Of a DNA stretch of 64,000 bases, positions 10,879 to 20,339 are shown one piece after another. The stretch covers positions 465 to 64,464 of the forward strand of contig JAPOQK010000080.1 of assembly GCA_026710795.1 (NCBI GenBank). The letters run 5' to 3'. Made by a program: the position numbers and the translations under genes. The stretch is from Candidatus Poribacteria bacterium. GTDB taxonomy: Bacteria > Poribacteria > WGA-4E > WGA-3G. The notes beneath the pieces are model-generated. The model made no database searches. It saw only the letters and a program-made list of their open reading frames with translations, and was not told the origin of the DNA. The first letter of the stretch is position 1. The number at the start of each line of letters is the position of its first letter.

Positions 10879-10902
10879 TGATTACCGTAACGTTACATAT
10901 CA

Positions 10903-10929
10903 TAATATTCTGTATAACATATTCTGTAT
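10903..10929 (+). promoter_or_regulatory. 13-bp direct repeat (ATTCTGTATAACA x2) upstream of PSD1 gene, candidate operator
   Basis: Two adjacent copies separated by 1 nt, ~50 bp upstream of the GTG start. Confidence 0.3.
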
Positions 10930-10975
10930 AACAAACTTCAGCTTGTAAGTCATATTATAAAGGGAGTGAATATCA

Positions 10976-13900
10976 GTGAAAAGTGCTAAAAGTTCCATTC
11001 CACTAACCTATCTGTTAGTATGTTTATGCATCTTATTGTTAGGGGTACCCCTTGCATCCGCAGATAACCACGAAACCGCACAAACACCAGTTGATTATAC
11101 ACAAGATATCCGTCCTATCTTATCAAATAACTGTTTCGCATGCCACGGACCAGATGAGAAAGCCCGTAAAGCAAACCTAAGACTTGATACAAAGGAAGGC
11201 GCGTTTTCTGAACCGAGTGGGTATCCGATTCTCGTCCCCGAAAAACCGGATGAGAGTGAACTCTACCTCCGAATCGTATCTGAGGACGAAAGTTATCAGA
11301 TGCCGCCAGCAGATTTCAATAAAACACTCACACCAGAGCAGATTGAGACAATCAAGCATTGGATAAATCAAGGTGCAAAATGGGAAGACCATTGGGCATT
11401 TACAACTCCTGTTCGTCCTACGCTACCTGCTGTCAAAAAAGCGGATTGGGTAAAAAATCCGATTGATGCTTTCATCTTGTCGCGTCTTGAAAAGGAAGGG
11501 CTGAGACCTGCCGAAGAAGCCGATAAACGCTCGCTCATACGTCGCTTAAGCTTTGATCTCACAGGATTACCACCCACGCTTGAAGAGATACATTTATTCC
11601 TAAATGACGATTCTCCCAATGCCTATGAAAAACTAATTAATACCTTCATGGCGAAACCAGAATATGGTGAACACATGGCACGTTTATGGTTAGATGTTGC
11701 ACGTTATGGTGATACCCACGGACTACACTTAGACAACTACCGTGAGATGTGGCCCTATAGGGATTGGGTTATAAACGCATTTAACAATAATATTCCTTTT
11801 GACCAATTTACGATTGAACAGTTGGCAGGGGATCTCTTGCCAGAACCGACCCTTGATCAACGTGTTGCTACTGGTTTCAACCGATGCCATGTTACAACCA
11901 GTGAAGGTGGTTCAATTGCTGAGGAATACTACGTCCGATACGCAGTTGATAGAGCAAATACCACTGCTACCGTCTGGATGGGTTTAACCGCGGGTTGTGC
12001 CCAGTGCCACGACCATAAATACGACCCAATTTCGCAGAAGGAATACTATCAACTCTATGCCTATTTCAACAATATCACTGAGAATGCTATGGACGGCAAC
12101 CGTAAGGATTCTCCACCTGTTGTGAAGTTGCCGACACCAGAACAGACAGCACAACTTGCAAAATATGATGAACAGATTAAAGACTTAGATGCACAGAGTA
12201 AGGGATCAATTCCACATATTGACGCTGCTCAAACTGCGTGGGAAAACAGGATGCCACGGTGGACGACTATTAAGCCAGAAGTTGTCCTTTCACAAGGACT
12301 GGCAACGCTCAAAATCAATGACGATAATTCAGTTTTAGCAAGCGGTACGAATCCGGACAAAGAGGTCTACGAAGTCATTGCCAAACTACCTCCTGGCAAA
12401 TGGAGTGCATTGCGATTAGAAGGTATCCCTGATAAATCCCTACCGGGAAGCGGTATTGGACGAAGTGACAATAGCAATGTTGTTCTAACAGGATTCTCTG
12501 TTGACATAGTTCCTGCTGAAATGGCAGAAGAGATGCTTGCTGAGGCTCAGGAAACCGCAAAGAAAGCCGAAGAGGCAATACAGAAGGCTGCAGAAGAAGC
12601 GAAGAAAGCTGCAGAGGAAGCAAAGAAAGCTGCTGAAGAAGCGGCAAAAGCAACTGATGATTCTGCTGTGGAAGCAGCACCAGAAACTGATGATGGCAAA
12701 GATGCTGAGAAACCTGTTGAGGAAGACACACCGGAAACCGATGAAGAAAAGGATGCTGAAAAACCTGCAGAAGAAGCAGCACCAGAAACCAATGAAGGGA
12801 AGGATGCTGAAAAACCCGCGGAAGAAGCAGCACCAGAAACTGATGATGGTAGGGATGCGGAAGAAGCAGCTCTGGAAACTGATGAAGGGAAAGCTGCTGA
12901 AGAAGCTACAGTTGACGGAGAAACACCAGAAACTGATGAAGCAAAAGACGCTGATGAAACATCCGAAGAAGCAGCCGAACCAGCTGAGGAAAAAGATCCA
13001 TGGACATCCGTTCCCGTTGTAATGGCTTGGGCGGATAAGGAACAGTCAGGTGGTGAATTTTCCATTGCTAACGCCATTGATGATAAACTGGAAACTGGAT
13101 GGGGATTGGAAAGTAATAATAATCGTGGGAACAGCCGCCAAGCAATTTTCCTCGTTGCAAACCCATTCGGGATAGAAGGTGGGTTGTTGCGGATTCGTCT
13201 GAATCACGAATCCGAGAGTGCTAAGCACCATCTTGGTCGGTTCAGACTTGCTGTTACAGATGCCCCAACGATCTACCCGATTGGTTCTAAAGTAGGTCTT
13301 GCAAACTGGCATTCCGTCGGTCCATTTACCGCTGAACACGGAAACGTTGCCTTCTATAATGTGTATGAACCAGAAACCAAACCTGTGAATACAGGTGACA
13401 AATTCACTGTCGGTTCGCAGGAATTAACTTGGAAACAGCAGGCACACTGGAAAGATGGAGAGGTGCATAACGACATCGTTGGTGAAAATAGTGCTACATA
13501 TCTCTATCGGAATATATCATCAGAAACTAAGCAGAAAGCCACACTTTATCTTAGCAGTAATGATGGGTTAAAAGTGTGGGTAAACCAAACGGAAGTGCTT
13601 GCCAGTAATATTCAACGCGATGCTGTACCGGATACAGACAGAATCCAAATTCAGCTAAATCCCGGTAATAACGCCTTGTTGTTGAAAGTTGTTAACTATT
13701 CTGGTCCGTCTGGTTTCTATTTCCGTATGGAATCCGATACACCGATGGTAACAGCAAACATCGTTGACACAATAGCAATTGAAAGAGGAAAACGTAACGG
13801 TGATCAACAGACGCAAATTCGGGAATACTACCGTCGAAATGTTACTACCGATGAAGGTTTGAAGAAACTTTACGCGGATATCTCGGATACACAAAATAAG

Positions 13901-15019
13901 CGGAATTCCTTAAACAATTCTTTCACTACAACGTTGGTTATGCAGGAGCGTTCTGAACCGCGCGGTGCATATATTCTGGAACGTGGGGCATACGAACATC
14001 GTGGAGAACAAGTCTATCCACAAACTCCGGCTGCACTCCCACCGATGGTGAAAGGTTCACCTCCAAACAGACTTTCACTCGCAAAATGGTTGGTTTCACC
14101 GAAGCATCCGCTCACATCGCGTGTCACAATTAACCGTTTCTGGCAACATATTTTCGGTGCGGGTATTGTCCGAACATCTGAAGACTTCGGCACACAAGGT
14201 ACACCACCTACCCATCCAGAATTGCTGGATTGGCTTGCAACCGAATTTGTCGCATCCGAGTGGGACGTGCAAACAATGCTGAAACTGATGCTAACCTCGG
14301 CAACATATAAACAAAGTTCACGGGTTACCCCAGAGAAATTGGAACTTGATGCCGATAACGTGTTGCTTTCCAGAGCACCAAGATACCGGTTAGATGCAGA
14401 AATTGTGCGTGATAATGTCCTTACACTCAGTGGCCTGATGTTTAAACGTATTGGTGGACCGAGTGTCAAACCCCCGCAACCGGGTGGACTTTGGAAAGCA
14501 GTCGGGTTTACCGGTTCTAATACAGATACCTTTAGGAAAGATTCTGGTTCTGATAAGGTGCATCGCAGAAGTCTCTATACCTTCTGGAAGCGAACAGCAC
14601 CACCGCCGCAAATGAACATATTGGATGCACCATCACGTGAGGCTTGCACAATTCGTCGTGAACGCACGAATACACCAATGCAGGCGTTGATGTTGATGAA
14701 TGACCCACAGTTCTTTGAAGCGGCACGCGTTTTTGCTGAACGAACAATCAAATTAGGAGGTAATACACCGGAAGAGCGAATCTCCTATATGTTTGAGTTG
14801 GCAACTGCCCGCGAACCCAAACCTACAGAAGCCGCACTGCTCCTTGAAACGATGAAGGCTCACGCGGAAGAACTGAAAGCAGATCCAGAGGCAGCCAAAG
14901 AACTCATTGCTGTCGGGGAATCCAAACCTGATGAAAAATTAGATGCAGTCGAAGTCGCTACATGGACAATGATTGCAAACCTTATCCTCAATCTGGACGA
15001 AGTCCTGAATAAGGGATAA
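10976..15019 (+). CDS. PSD1 family protein: planctomycete cytochrome c (PSCyt1) - DUF1549 - acidic repeat linker - discoidin-like - DUF1553
   Basis: 1347 aa; GTG start with AGGGAG RBS; signal peptide; CFACHGPDEKARKANLRLD haem-binding PSCyt motif; RRLSFDLTGLPPTLEEI DUF1549 hallmark; C-terminal WTMIANLILNLDEVLNKG PSD1-type end. Contains a KKAAEEA x3 run plus five or more PETDxGKDAEKPAEEAA repeats. Confidence 0.85.
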   Translation: MKSAKSSIPLTYLLVCLCILLLGVPLASADNHETAQTPVDYTQDIRPILSNNCFACHGPDEKARKANLRLDTKEGAFSEPSGYPILVPEKPDESELYLRIVSEDESYQMPPADFNKTLTPEQIETIKHWINQGAKWEDHWAFTTPVRPTLPAVKKADWVKNPIDAFILSRLEKEGLRPAEEADKRSLIRRLSFDLTGLPPTLEEIHLFLNDDSPNAYEKLINTFMAKPEYGEHMARLWLDVARYGDTHGLHLDNYREMWPYRDWVINAFNNNIPFDQFTIEQLAGDLLPEPTLDQRVATGFNRCHVTTSEGGSIAEEYYVRYAVDRANTTATVWMGLTAGCAQCHDHKYDPISQKEYYQLYAYFNNITENAMDGNRKDSPPVVKLPTPEQTAQLAKYDEQIKDLDAQSKGSIPHIDAAQTAWENRMPRWTTIKPEVVLSQGLATLKINDDNSVLASGTNPDKEVYEVIAKLPPGKWSALRLEGIPDKSLPGSGIGRSDNSNVVLTGFSVDIVPAEMAEEMLAEAQETAKKAEEAIQKAAEEAKKAAEEAKKAAEEAAKATDDSAVEAAPETDDGKDAEKPVEEDTPETDEEKDAEKPAEEAAPETNEGKDAEKPAEEAAPETDDGRDAEEAALETDEGKAAEEATVDGETPETDEAKDADETSEEAAEPAEEKDPWTSVPVVMAWADKEQSGGEFSIANAIDDKLETGWGLESNNNRGNSRQAIFLVANPFGIEGGLLRIRLNHESESAKHHLGRFRLAVTDAPTIYPIGSKVGLANWHSVGPFTAEHGNVAFYNVYEPETKPVNTGDKFTVGSQELTWKQQAHWKDGEVHNDIVGENSATYLYRNISSETKQKATLYLSSNDGLKVWVNQTEVLASNIQRDAVPDTDRIQIQLNPGNNALLLKVVNYSGPSGFYFRMESDTPMVTANIVDTIAIERGKRNGDQQTQIREYYRRNVTTDEGLKKLYADISDTQNKRNSLNNSFTTTLVMQERSEPRGAYILERGAYEHRGEQVYPQTPAALPPMVKGSPPNRLSLAKWLVSPKHPLTSRVTINRFWQHIFGAGIVRTSEDFGTQGTPPTHPELLDWLATEFVASEWDVQTMLKLMLTSATYKQSSRVTPEKLELDADNVLLSRAPRYRLDAEIVRDNVLTLSGLMFKRIGGPSVKPPQPGGLWKAVGFTGSNTDTFRKDSGSDKVHRRSLYTFWKRTAPPPQMNILDAPSREACTIRRERTNTPMQALMLMNDPQFFEAARVFAERTIKLGGNTPEERISYMFELATAREPKPTEAALLLETMKAHAEELKADPEAAKELIAVGESKPDEKLDAVEVATWTMIANLILNLDEVLNKG
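12537..13010 (+). repeat. in-frame tandem repeats encoding an acidic low-complexity linker inside the PSD1 gene (KKAAEEA x3, then ~51-bp/17-aa PETDxGKDAEKPAEEAA x5 or more)
   Basis: Direct DNA repeats (gcagcaccagaaac(c/t)gatga(a/t)gg.aaggatgctgaaaaacc...) visible in the sequence. They generate spurious overlapping ORFs on both strands in the track. Confidence 0.8.
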
Positions 15020-15029
15020 TCAAATTTGA

Positions 15030-15060
15030 TGGACACTACATCTCAGTAGTGTCCATTTAT
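15030..15060 (+). terminator. rho-independent terminator after PSD1 gene
   Basis: TGGACACTAC (15030-15039), 6-nt loop, GTAGTGTCCA (15046-15055), then TTTAT. Confidence 0.6.
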
Positions 15061-15081
15061 CCAATCAAGGAACACAGACTT

Positions 15082-15819
15082 ATGAATGATACTTATGTAA
15101 TAATATCCGATGCCAACTTAGCCGCTGCCATACGAGAAGTACTCGGTTTGAGCTCAGGTGATACTATCCCGTTAAAAAGGTTAGAGGAATTAGAGAAACT
15201 ACATGCTGATGAAAAAGGTATAAAAGACTTAACAGGATTAGAGAATGCAACAGGATTAAAGGTATTAGAACTTCAAAAGAATCAAATTAGCGACATCACA
15301 CCTATTAGCGGATTGAAGCAACTGACTTATGTAGAGTTCTGGGATAATCAAATCACGGATATTTCACCGCTTGCAAAGTTAAAGCAAGTCACAAAATTGG
15401 GACTCGGTGACAATTGTATCAGTGACATCAAACCTCTTACGGAGTTAACCCAACTCACAGAATTGGGACTTTGGGATAATCAACTTAGCGACATTTCTCC
15501 ACTTACGAACTTGACACAGATACAGTTGTTAAACATCAGACGAAATCAACTTAGTGATATAAGTCCACTTGCCAACTTAAAACATATTACGCATTTATGG
15601 CTTAGTGGCAATCAAATTAAAGACATAAATACTATTGGTGGACTGACGCAGTTGACACATTTAGCATTGGATAAGAATCAAATCAACACCATTCAACCTA
15701 TAGTTAACCTAACGAGTTTAACGCATTTACGTATCAATGAGAATCCGATTCAGGACATTGAATCGCTTCCTAGACTGACAGATATAGAACTGGATATTCC
15801 AACTCTTGTTGACAATTAA
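15082..15819 (+). CDS. leucine-rich repeat (internalin-like 22-aa LRR) protein, single module
   Basis: Repeats of LxxLxxLxLxxNQIsDIsPL. N-cap AIREVLGLSSGDTIPLKRLEELEKL and C-cap NENPIQDIESL. Start moved to MNDTYV because the ORF-track start at 15049 lies inside the PSD1 terminator hairpin. Confidence 0.75.
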   Translation: MNDTYVIISDANLAAAIREVLGLSSGDTIPLKRLEELEKLHADEKGIKDLTGLENATGLKVLELQKNQISDITPISGLKQLTYVEFWDNQITDISPLAKLKQVTKLGLGDNCISDIKPLTELTQLTELGLWDNQLSDISPLTNLTQIQLLNIRRNQLSDISPLANLKHITHLWLSGNQIKDINTIGGLTQLTHLALDKNQINTIQPIVNLTSLTHLRINENPIQDIESLPRLTDIELDIPTLVDN

Positions 15820-15834
15820 ATTGAGGGCTACAAT

Positions 15835-18795
15835 ATGAAGTCTTTTTTCGTTATGGTTCTCATACTCATATCTTCCCTCACATTTGCATATAGCGATACT
15901 GTGGTAATTCCAGACGTGAACTTAGATGCTGCTGTGCGCGAAGCACTCAGTTTAGATCCAACTGATCCTATCCCACAAAATAAGTTGGAAGAATTGGAAA
16001 GTTTAGATGTCATAGAAAAAGGCATAAAAGACCTAACAGGTATAGAAAAAGCAACAGGATTAACGACATTAGAACTTAATGACAATCAAATTAGTGACAT
16101 CACACCCCTTACTAACTTAACTAAACTGACAGAACTATACCTTACAAATAATCAAATCAGTGACATCAAGGCATTGGCAAGCTTAACTGAACTCATAAAA
16201 TTATCAATCTCTGGCAACCAAATCAATGATATTACTCTGCTTGCTGGATTGTCAAAACTCACAGAATTATGGTGTAACAATAATCAAGTCAGTGATATAA
16301 AACCAATTGCTGGATTGACGCAACTGACGCAATTATATCTTTGGAATAATCCACTCAAGGACATTACGCCGCTGGAAAGAATGGAACAGTTAAGGGAGTT
16401 AAGTCTTGGGGGAAATCCGATCAACGACTTAACACTATTCTCAGGTATGACGGAATTGAGGAAGCTATGGCTTTGGGATAGTCAAATCAGTGATATCACC
16501 CCGCTTGCTGGATTGACAATGCTAACAGACTTATACCTCACGAAAAATCCTATCAATGACATCACCCCACTTGCTGGATTGACAAAACTGGAAAAGTTAT
16601 ACCTCATAGAAAATCAGATTAACGACATCACCTCGCTTGCTGGACTAACCAAACTTACAACATTATGGCTTGACGACAATCAAATCAGCGACATTACGCC
16701 ACTCGCGGGATTGACACAGCTGACAGACCTAACTCTCATGGATAATCAAGTTCGTGATATAACATCACTTTCTGGATTGGCGAAGTTGAAATGGTTACGT
16801 ATCTGGAACAATCAGATTAGTGACATCACACCACTTGCGAACTTGAAACAGTTGGCAACCTTATTGCTCTTAAATAATCAGATTTCTGACATTACGTCTC
16901 TTGCTGATCTAACACAATTAACGCATCTAAATCTTTCCGGAAATCAGATCCAAGACATCACACCACTGACGGGATTAACACAATTAACATATTTATCCCT
17001 CAGTAGAAATCAAATCAGCGACATCAAAACCCTATCAAGATTGGCACAGTTGACATCATTATCCCTTGACGATAATGGAATCAGTGACATAAAACCAATT
17101 GAAGGTTTAATAAAGATTCGTAGTTTATTGCTCAGCAGAAATAAAATTGACAACATCACGCCAATTGCTGGGTTGACGGAACTCACACAGTTATGGCTTT
17201 CAAACAATCAGATCAACGACATCAAATCGCTCTCAGAATTAACGAATTTGACAGAATTATTGATGTATGACAATCAAATCAAGGATATCAGTCCTGTTGA
17301 GAATCTGACAAGTTTAACGCTTTTAAAGGTCTATGGAAATCCAATTCAAAATATGGAATCACTTGTGAGGTTATTGAAACAAGTTCCAGATTTGAAATTG
17401 GATATCCAAGCACAGCTTCCAATAACGTCTATCCCCGATCCAACAATACCGGATGTTAATTTAGCCAACGCGGTGCGAGAGGAACTCGGTTTGAAACGTA
17501 GCGATACCATACCGTTGATGAATTTGACAGAATTAGAGGAGTTAAATGTCGGAGGAAAGAGTATAGAAGACTTAACAGGACTGGAAAAGGCGACAAAATT
17601 AAAGGTCTTGGTACTTGATCGTAATCAAATCAGTGATATTATGCCGCTCGCTAATCTGAAACAACTCACAGACTTAGATCTTAGTCGAAATCAGATCAAT
17701 GACATCACACCTCTTGCAGACTTGACCCAACTCACTGAGCTGAAGATTCAGAATAACCAAATCAGCGACTTAAAACCGCTTTCTAAATTAACACAAATTA
17801 CATTGTTACGTCTTAATGACAACAAAATCAAAAATGTCATGCCGCTCATACGAATGTCGAAGTTGACACATTTATATCTTACCAGAAATCAAATAAGCGA
17901 TATAACACTCCTCGGGGCATTAACACAGTTGGAAGAGTTAGCCATTGGTGGTAATCAGTTTCGTGACATCACGTTTCTTGCTGACTTGACTAACCTAAAG
18001 ATGTTATGGCTTTGGGGAAGTCAGATTCAGGACATCACACCACTCAAAAAACTAACCCAATTAACAGGCTTAAACCTTCATGACACACAAATTCGTGATA
18101 TCACAGTCCTTGGTGGAATGACAAAATTGACATGGCTCCGAATTCATAAAAATGCAATCAACGATATTACGCCTCTCGCGAACTTAACACAACTAACAGG
18201 AATACTGCTTCAGGAAAATCAAATCACGAACCTTACACCTCTCGCTGGGTTGAAAAAATTGGATAGTTTGAGTCTCCAAAAAAACCAAATTGATGATATC
18301 ACACCACTCAAAGATTTAACAAAGTTAAAAGAATTAAATCTGGGTGGAAACAAAATTACCGACATCACACCTATCCAAAATTTACGAAGTTTGACATCAT
18401 TTTGGGTATGGGATAATCAAATTACCGACATAACACCATTAACTGAGTTGACACAAATGGAGAAGTTGTGGCTTTGGGGAAATCAAATCAGCGATCTCAC
18501 ACCGATAACTAATTTCACAGAATTGGAAGAGTTAAGCCTTGGAGTTAACAAAATCAGTGATCTCACTCCCATAGTAGGAGCAACAAAGTTAGAACTATTG
18601 GATATAGACAGAAACCAAATCACTGACATCAGCCTCCTTGTAAAGTTTCCAAATTTAAGGAGTCTAAATCTCAGGGGAAATCCAATTCAAGATATGGAGC
18701 CTCTTCAAATACTGTTGAAACAAAATGAGAATTTAAAAGTGGATGTACCGACATCAATTGAACTGAATATTCAGCCACCACCTGCAAATAAGTAA
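15835..18795 (+). CDS. large secreted LRR protein made of two internalin-like LRR modules
   Basis: 986 aa; signal peptide MKSFFVMVLILISSLTFA; about 40 22-aa LRRs. N-cap motif (IPDVNLxxAVREeLxL...IPxxxLxELEeL...KxIxDLTGxEKAT) occurs at residue ~20 and again at ~540; both modules end with GNPIQxME.L. Confidence 0.8.
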   Translation: MKSFFVMVLILISSLTFAYSDTVVIPDVNLDAAVREALSLDPTDPIPQNKLEELESLDVIEKGIKDLTGIEKATGLTTLELNDNQISDITPLTNLTKLTELYLTNNQISDIKALASLTELIKLSISGNQINDITLLAGLSKLTELWCNNNQVSDIKPIAGLTQLTQLYLWNNPLKDITPLERMEQLRELSLGGNPINDLTLFSGMTELRKLWLWDSQISDITPLAGLTMLTDLYLTKNPINDITPLAGLTKLEKLYLIENQINDITSLAGLTKLTTLWLDDNQISDITPLAGLTQLTDLTLMDNQVRDITSLSGLAKLKWLRIWNNQISDITPLANLKQLATLLLLNNQISDITSLADLTQLTHLNLSGNQIQDITPLTGLTQLTYLSLSRNQISDIKTLSRLAQLTSLSLDDNGISDIKPIEGLIKIRSLLLSRNKIDNITPIAGLTELTQLWLSNNQINDIKSLSELTNLTELLMYDNQIKDISPVENLTSLTLLKVYGNPIQNMESLVRLLKQVPDLKLDIQAQLPITSIPDPTIPDVNLANAVREELGLKRSDTIPLMNLTELEELNVGGKSIEDLTGLEKATKLKVLVLDRNQISDIMPLANLKQLTDLDLSRNQINDITPLADLTQLTELKIQNNQISDLKPLSKLTQITLLRLNDNKIKNVMPLIRMSKLTHLYLTRNQISDITLLGALTQLEELAIGGNQFRDITFLADLTNLKMLWLWGSQIQDITPLKKLTQLTGLNLHDTQIRDITVLGGMTKLTWLRIHKNAINDITPLANLTQLTGILLQENQITNLTPLAGLKKLDSLSLQKNQIDDITPLKDLTKLKELNLGGNKITDITPIQNLRSLTSFWVWDNQITDITPLTELTQMEKLWLWGNQISDLTPITNFTELEELSLGVNKISDLTPIVGATKLELLDIDRNQITDISLLVKFPNLRSLNLRGNPIQDMEPLQILLKQNENLKVDVPTSIELNIQPPPANK

Positions 18796-18846
18796 AGCAT
18801 AGCAATGTCCAAAAAGAAGCAACAGGCATTGTAATAGGAGATAACA

Positions 18847-20325
18847 ATGGACCCAATTAAGGAATATTTGAAACTTGAAACCCGCCGCCAATTCTTCGGC
18901 AAATGTGCAACAGGACTCGGCGGTGCAGCCCTTGCCACATTGCTGCCGAATAGCATCGTAAACGCTCTTGAACAGCAGGCAGGAACGCGGGTTGGCGGAT
19001 TACCAGAACTGCCGCACTTTGCACCAAAAGCGAAACGCGCAATCTACCTATTTATGTCTGGTGCGCCTTCGCAAATGGACCTGTTTGACTACAAACCGAA
19101 GATGGGGGAATTCTTTGATAAAGACCTACCGGAAACAGTCCGGATGGGACAACGTCTTACTACAATGACCTCAGGACAAGCACGGTTCCCAATTGCACCG
19201 TCTATCTTTGAGTTCAAAAAACACGATAATGGAGGCGATGGTGCGTGGCTTAGCGAGTTGCTGCCTCATACAGCAACTATGGTTAAGGATATCGCTATCG
19301 TCAAATCAGTACATACCGATGCGATTAATCACGATCCAGCAATCACTTTCGTCTGTACCGGTGATGAGACTCCGGGTAAACCGAGTCTCGGTGCATGGCT
19401 TAGTTACGGTCTCGGTAGTGAAAACCAAAACCTTCCCGCTTTCATTGTGATGAACGCGACTTGGAGTGGTCCGAAGGGGGCACAGGCACTCTACAATCGT
19501 CTCTGGGGTTCTGGTTTCCTCCCATCTGAGCATCAAGGTGTGCTACTCCGCAGTCAAGGCGATCCTGTGCTGTTCCTCTCAAATCCGAAAGGTATGAATG
19601 AAAAAACACGCAAACGGATGCTTGATTCTTTAGTCAAACTCAACGAGGAAATATATGAGGAAGTCGGTGATCCTGAAACGCATGCGCGTATCACACAATA
19701 TGAGATGGCATTCCGTATGCAGACCTCTGTTCCTGAGCTCACGGATCTGAAACAGGAGACTGACAAAGTTAAGGAGATGTACGGTCCTGAGGTTGACACA
19801 CCCGGAACATTTGCTAATTGCTGCATCCTTGCTCGTAGGATGATGGAACGCGATGTCCGTCTCGTTCAAATCTTCCACCGCGGATGGGACCAGCACGGTG
19901 ATTTACCCAAGAACATCCGAAATCAGGCGCGCGACATTGACCAACCCGCAACCGCACTCGTTCAAGACCTGAAACAACGCGGAATGCTTGATGATACGCT
20001 CGTTGTGTGGGGTGGTGAATTCGGTCGAACTGTCTATTGCCAAGGGGCACTTAAGAAGGATAACTATGGACGAGATCATCATCCTAAGTGTTTCACGCTA
20101 TGGATGGCTGGTGGTGGTATCAAAGGTGGGGTCGTTTACGGCGAAACTGATGATTTCAGTTACAATATCGTCAAAGACCCTGTATCTGTTCGTGACCTAA
20201 ACGCAACAATCCTTAACCAACTCGGCATTGACCACGAACGCTTGACCTATAAGTTCCAAGGACTTGATCATCGGTTAACTGGCGTTGAAGAGAAAGCACG
20301 TGTTGTCAATGAGATATTGGCATAA
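18847..20325 (+). CDS. DUF1501 domain protein (sulfatase-like, Tat-secreted), copy 1
   Basis: 492 aa; Tat motif [19 protein letters not shown]. This family is the canonical genomic partner of PSCyt/DUF1549/DUF1553 proteins. Confidence 0.8.
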   Translation: MDPIKEYLKLETRRQFFGKCATGLGGAALATLLPNSIVNALEQQAGTRVGGLPELPHFAPKAKRAIYLFMSGAPSQMDLFDYKPKMGEFFDKDLPETVRMGQRLTTMTSGQARFPIAPSIFEFKKHDNGGDGAWLSELLPHTATMVKDIAIVKSVHTDAINHDPAITFVCTGDETPGKPSLGAWLSYGLGSENQNLPAFIVMNATWSGPKGAQALYNRLWGSGFLPSEHQGVLLRSQGDPVLFLSNPKGMNEKTRKRMLDSLVKLNEEIYEEVGDPETHARITQYEMAFRMQTSVPELTDLKQETDKVKEMYGPEVDTPGTFANCCILARRMMERDVRLVQIFHRGWDQHGDLPKNIRNQARDIDQPATALVQDLKQRGMLDDTLVVWGGEFGRTVYCQGALKKDNYGRDHHPKCFTLWMAGGGIKGGVVYGETDDFSYNIVKDPVSVRDLNATILNQLGIDHERLTYKFQGLDHRLTGVEEKARVVNEILA

Positions 20326-20339
20326 CAAAGGAGTTAACA

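Noticed and set aside
12375-13077. Three overlapping ORFs (12375-12833 minus, 12537-13022 plus, 12547-13077 minus) with poly-Q/L, poly-K/R or poly-S/A translations
   Set aside because: They are artefacts of the in-frame acidic tandem repeat inside the PSD1 gene; alternative frames of a GAA/GCA-rich repeat stay open.
15049-15081. ORF-track start (MSIYPIKEHRL) for the first LRR gene
   Set aside because: These codons lie within the stem-loop of the PSD1 terminator; the downstream ATG 15082 with an AAGGAA RBS-like sequence is preferred.
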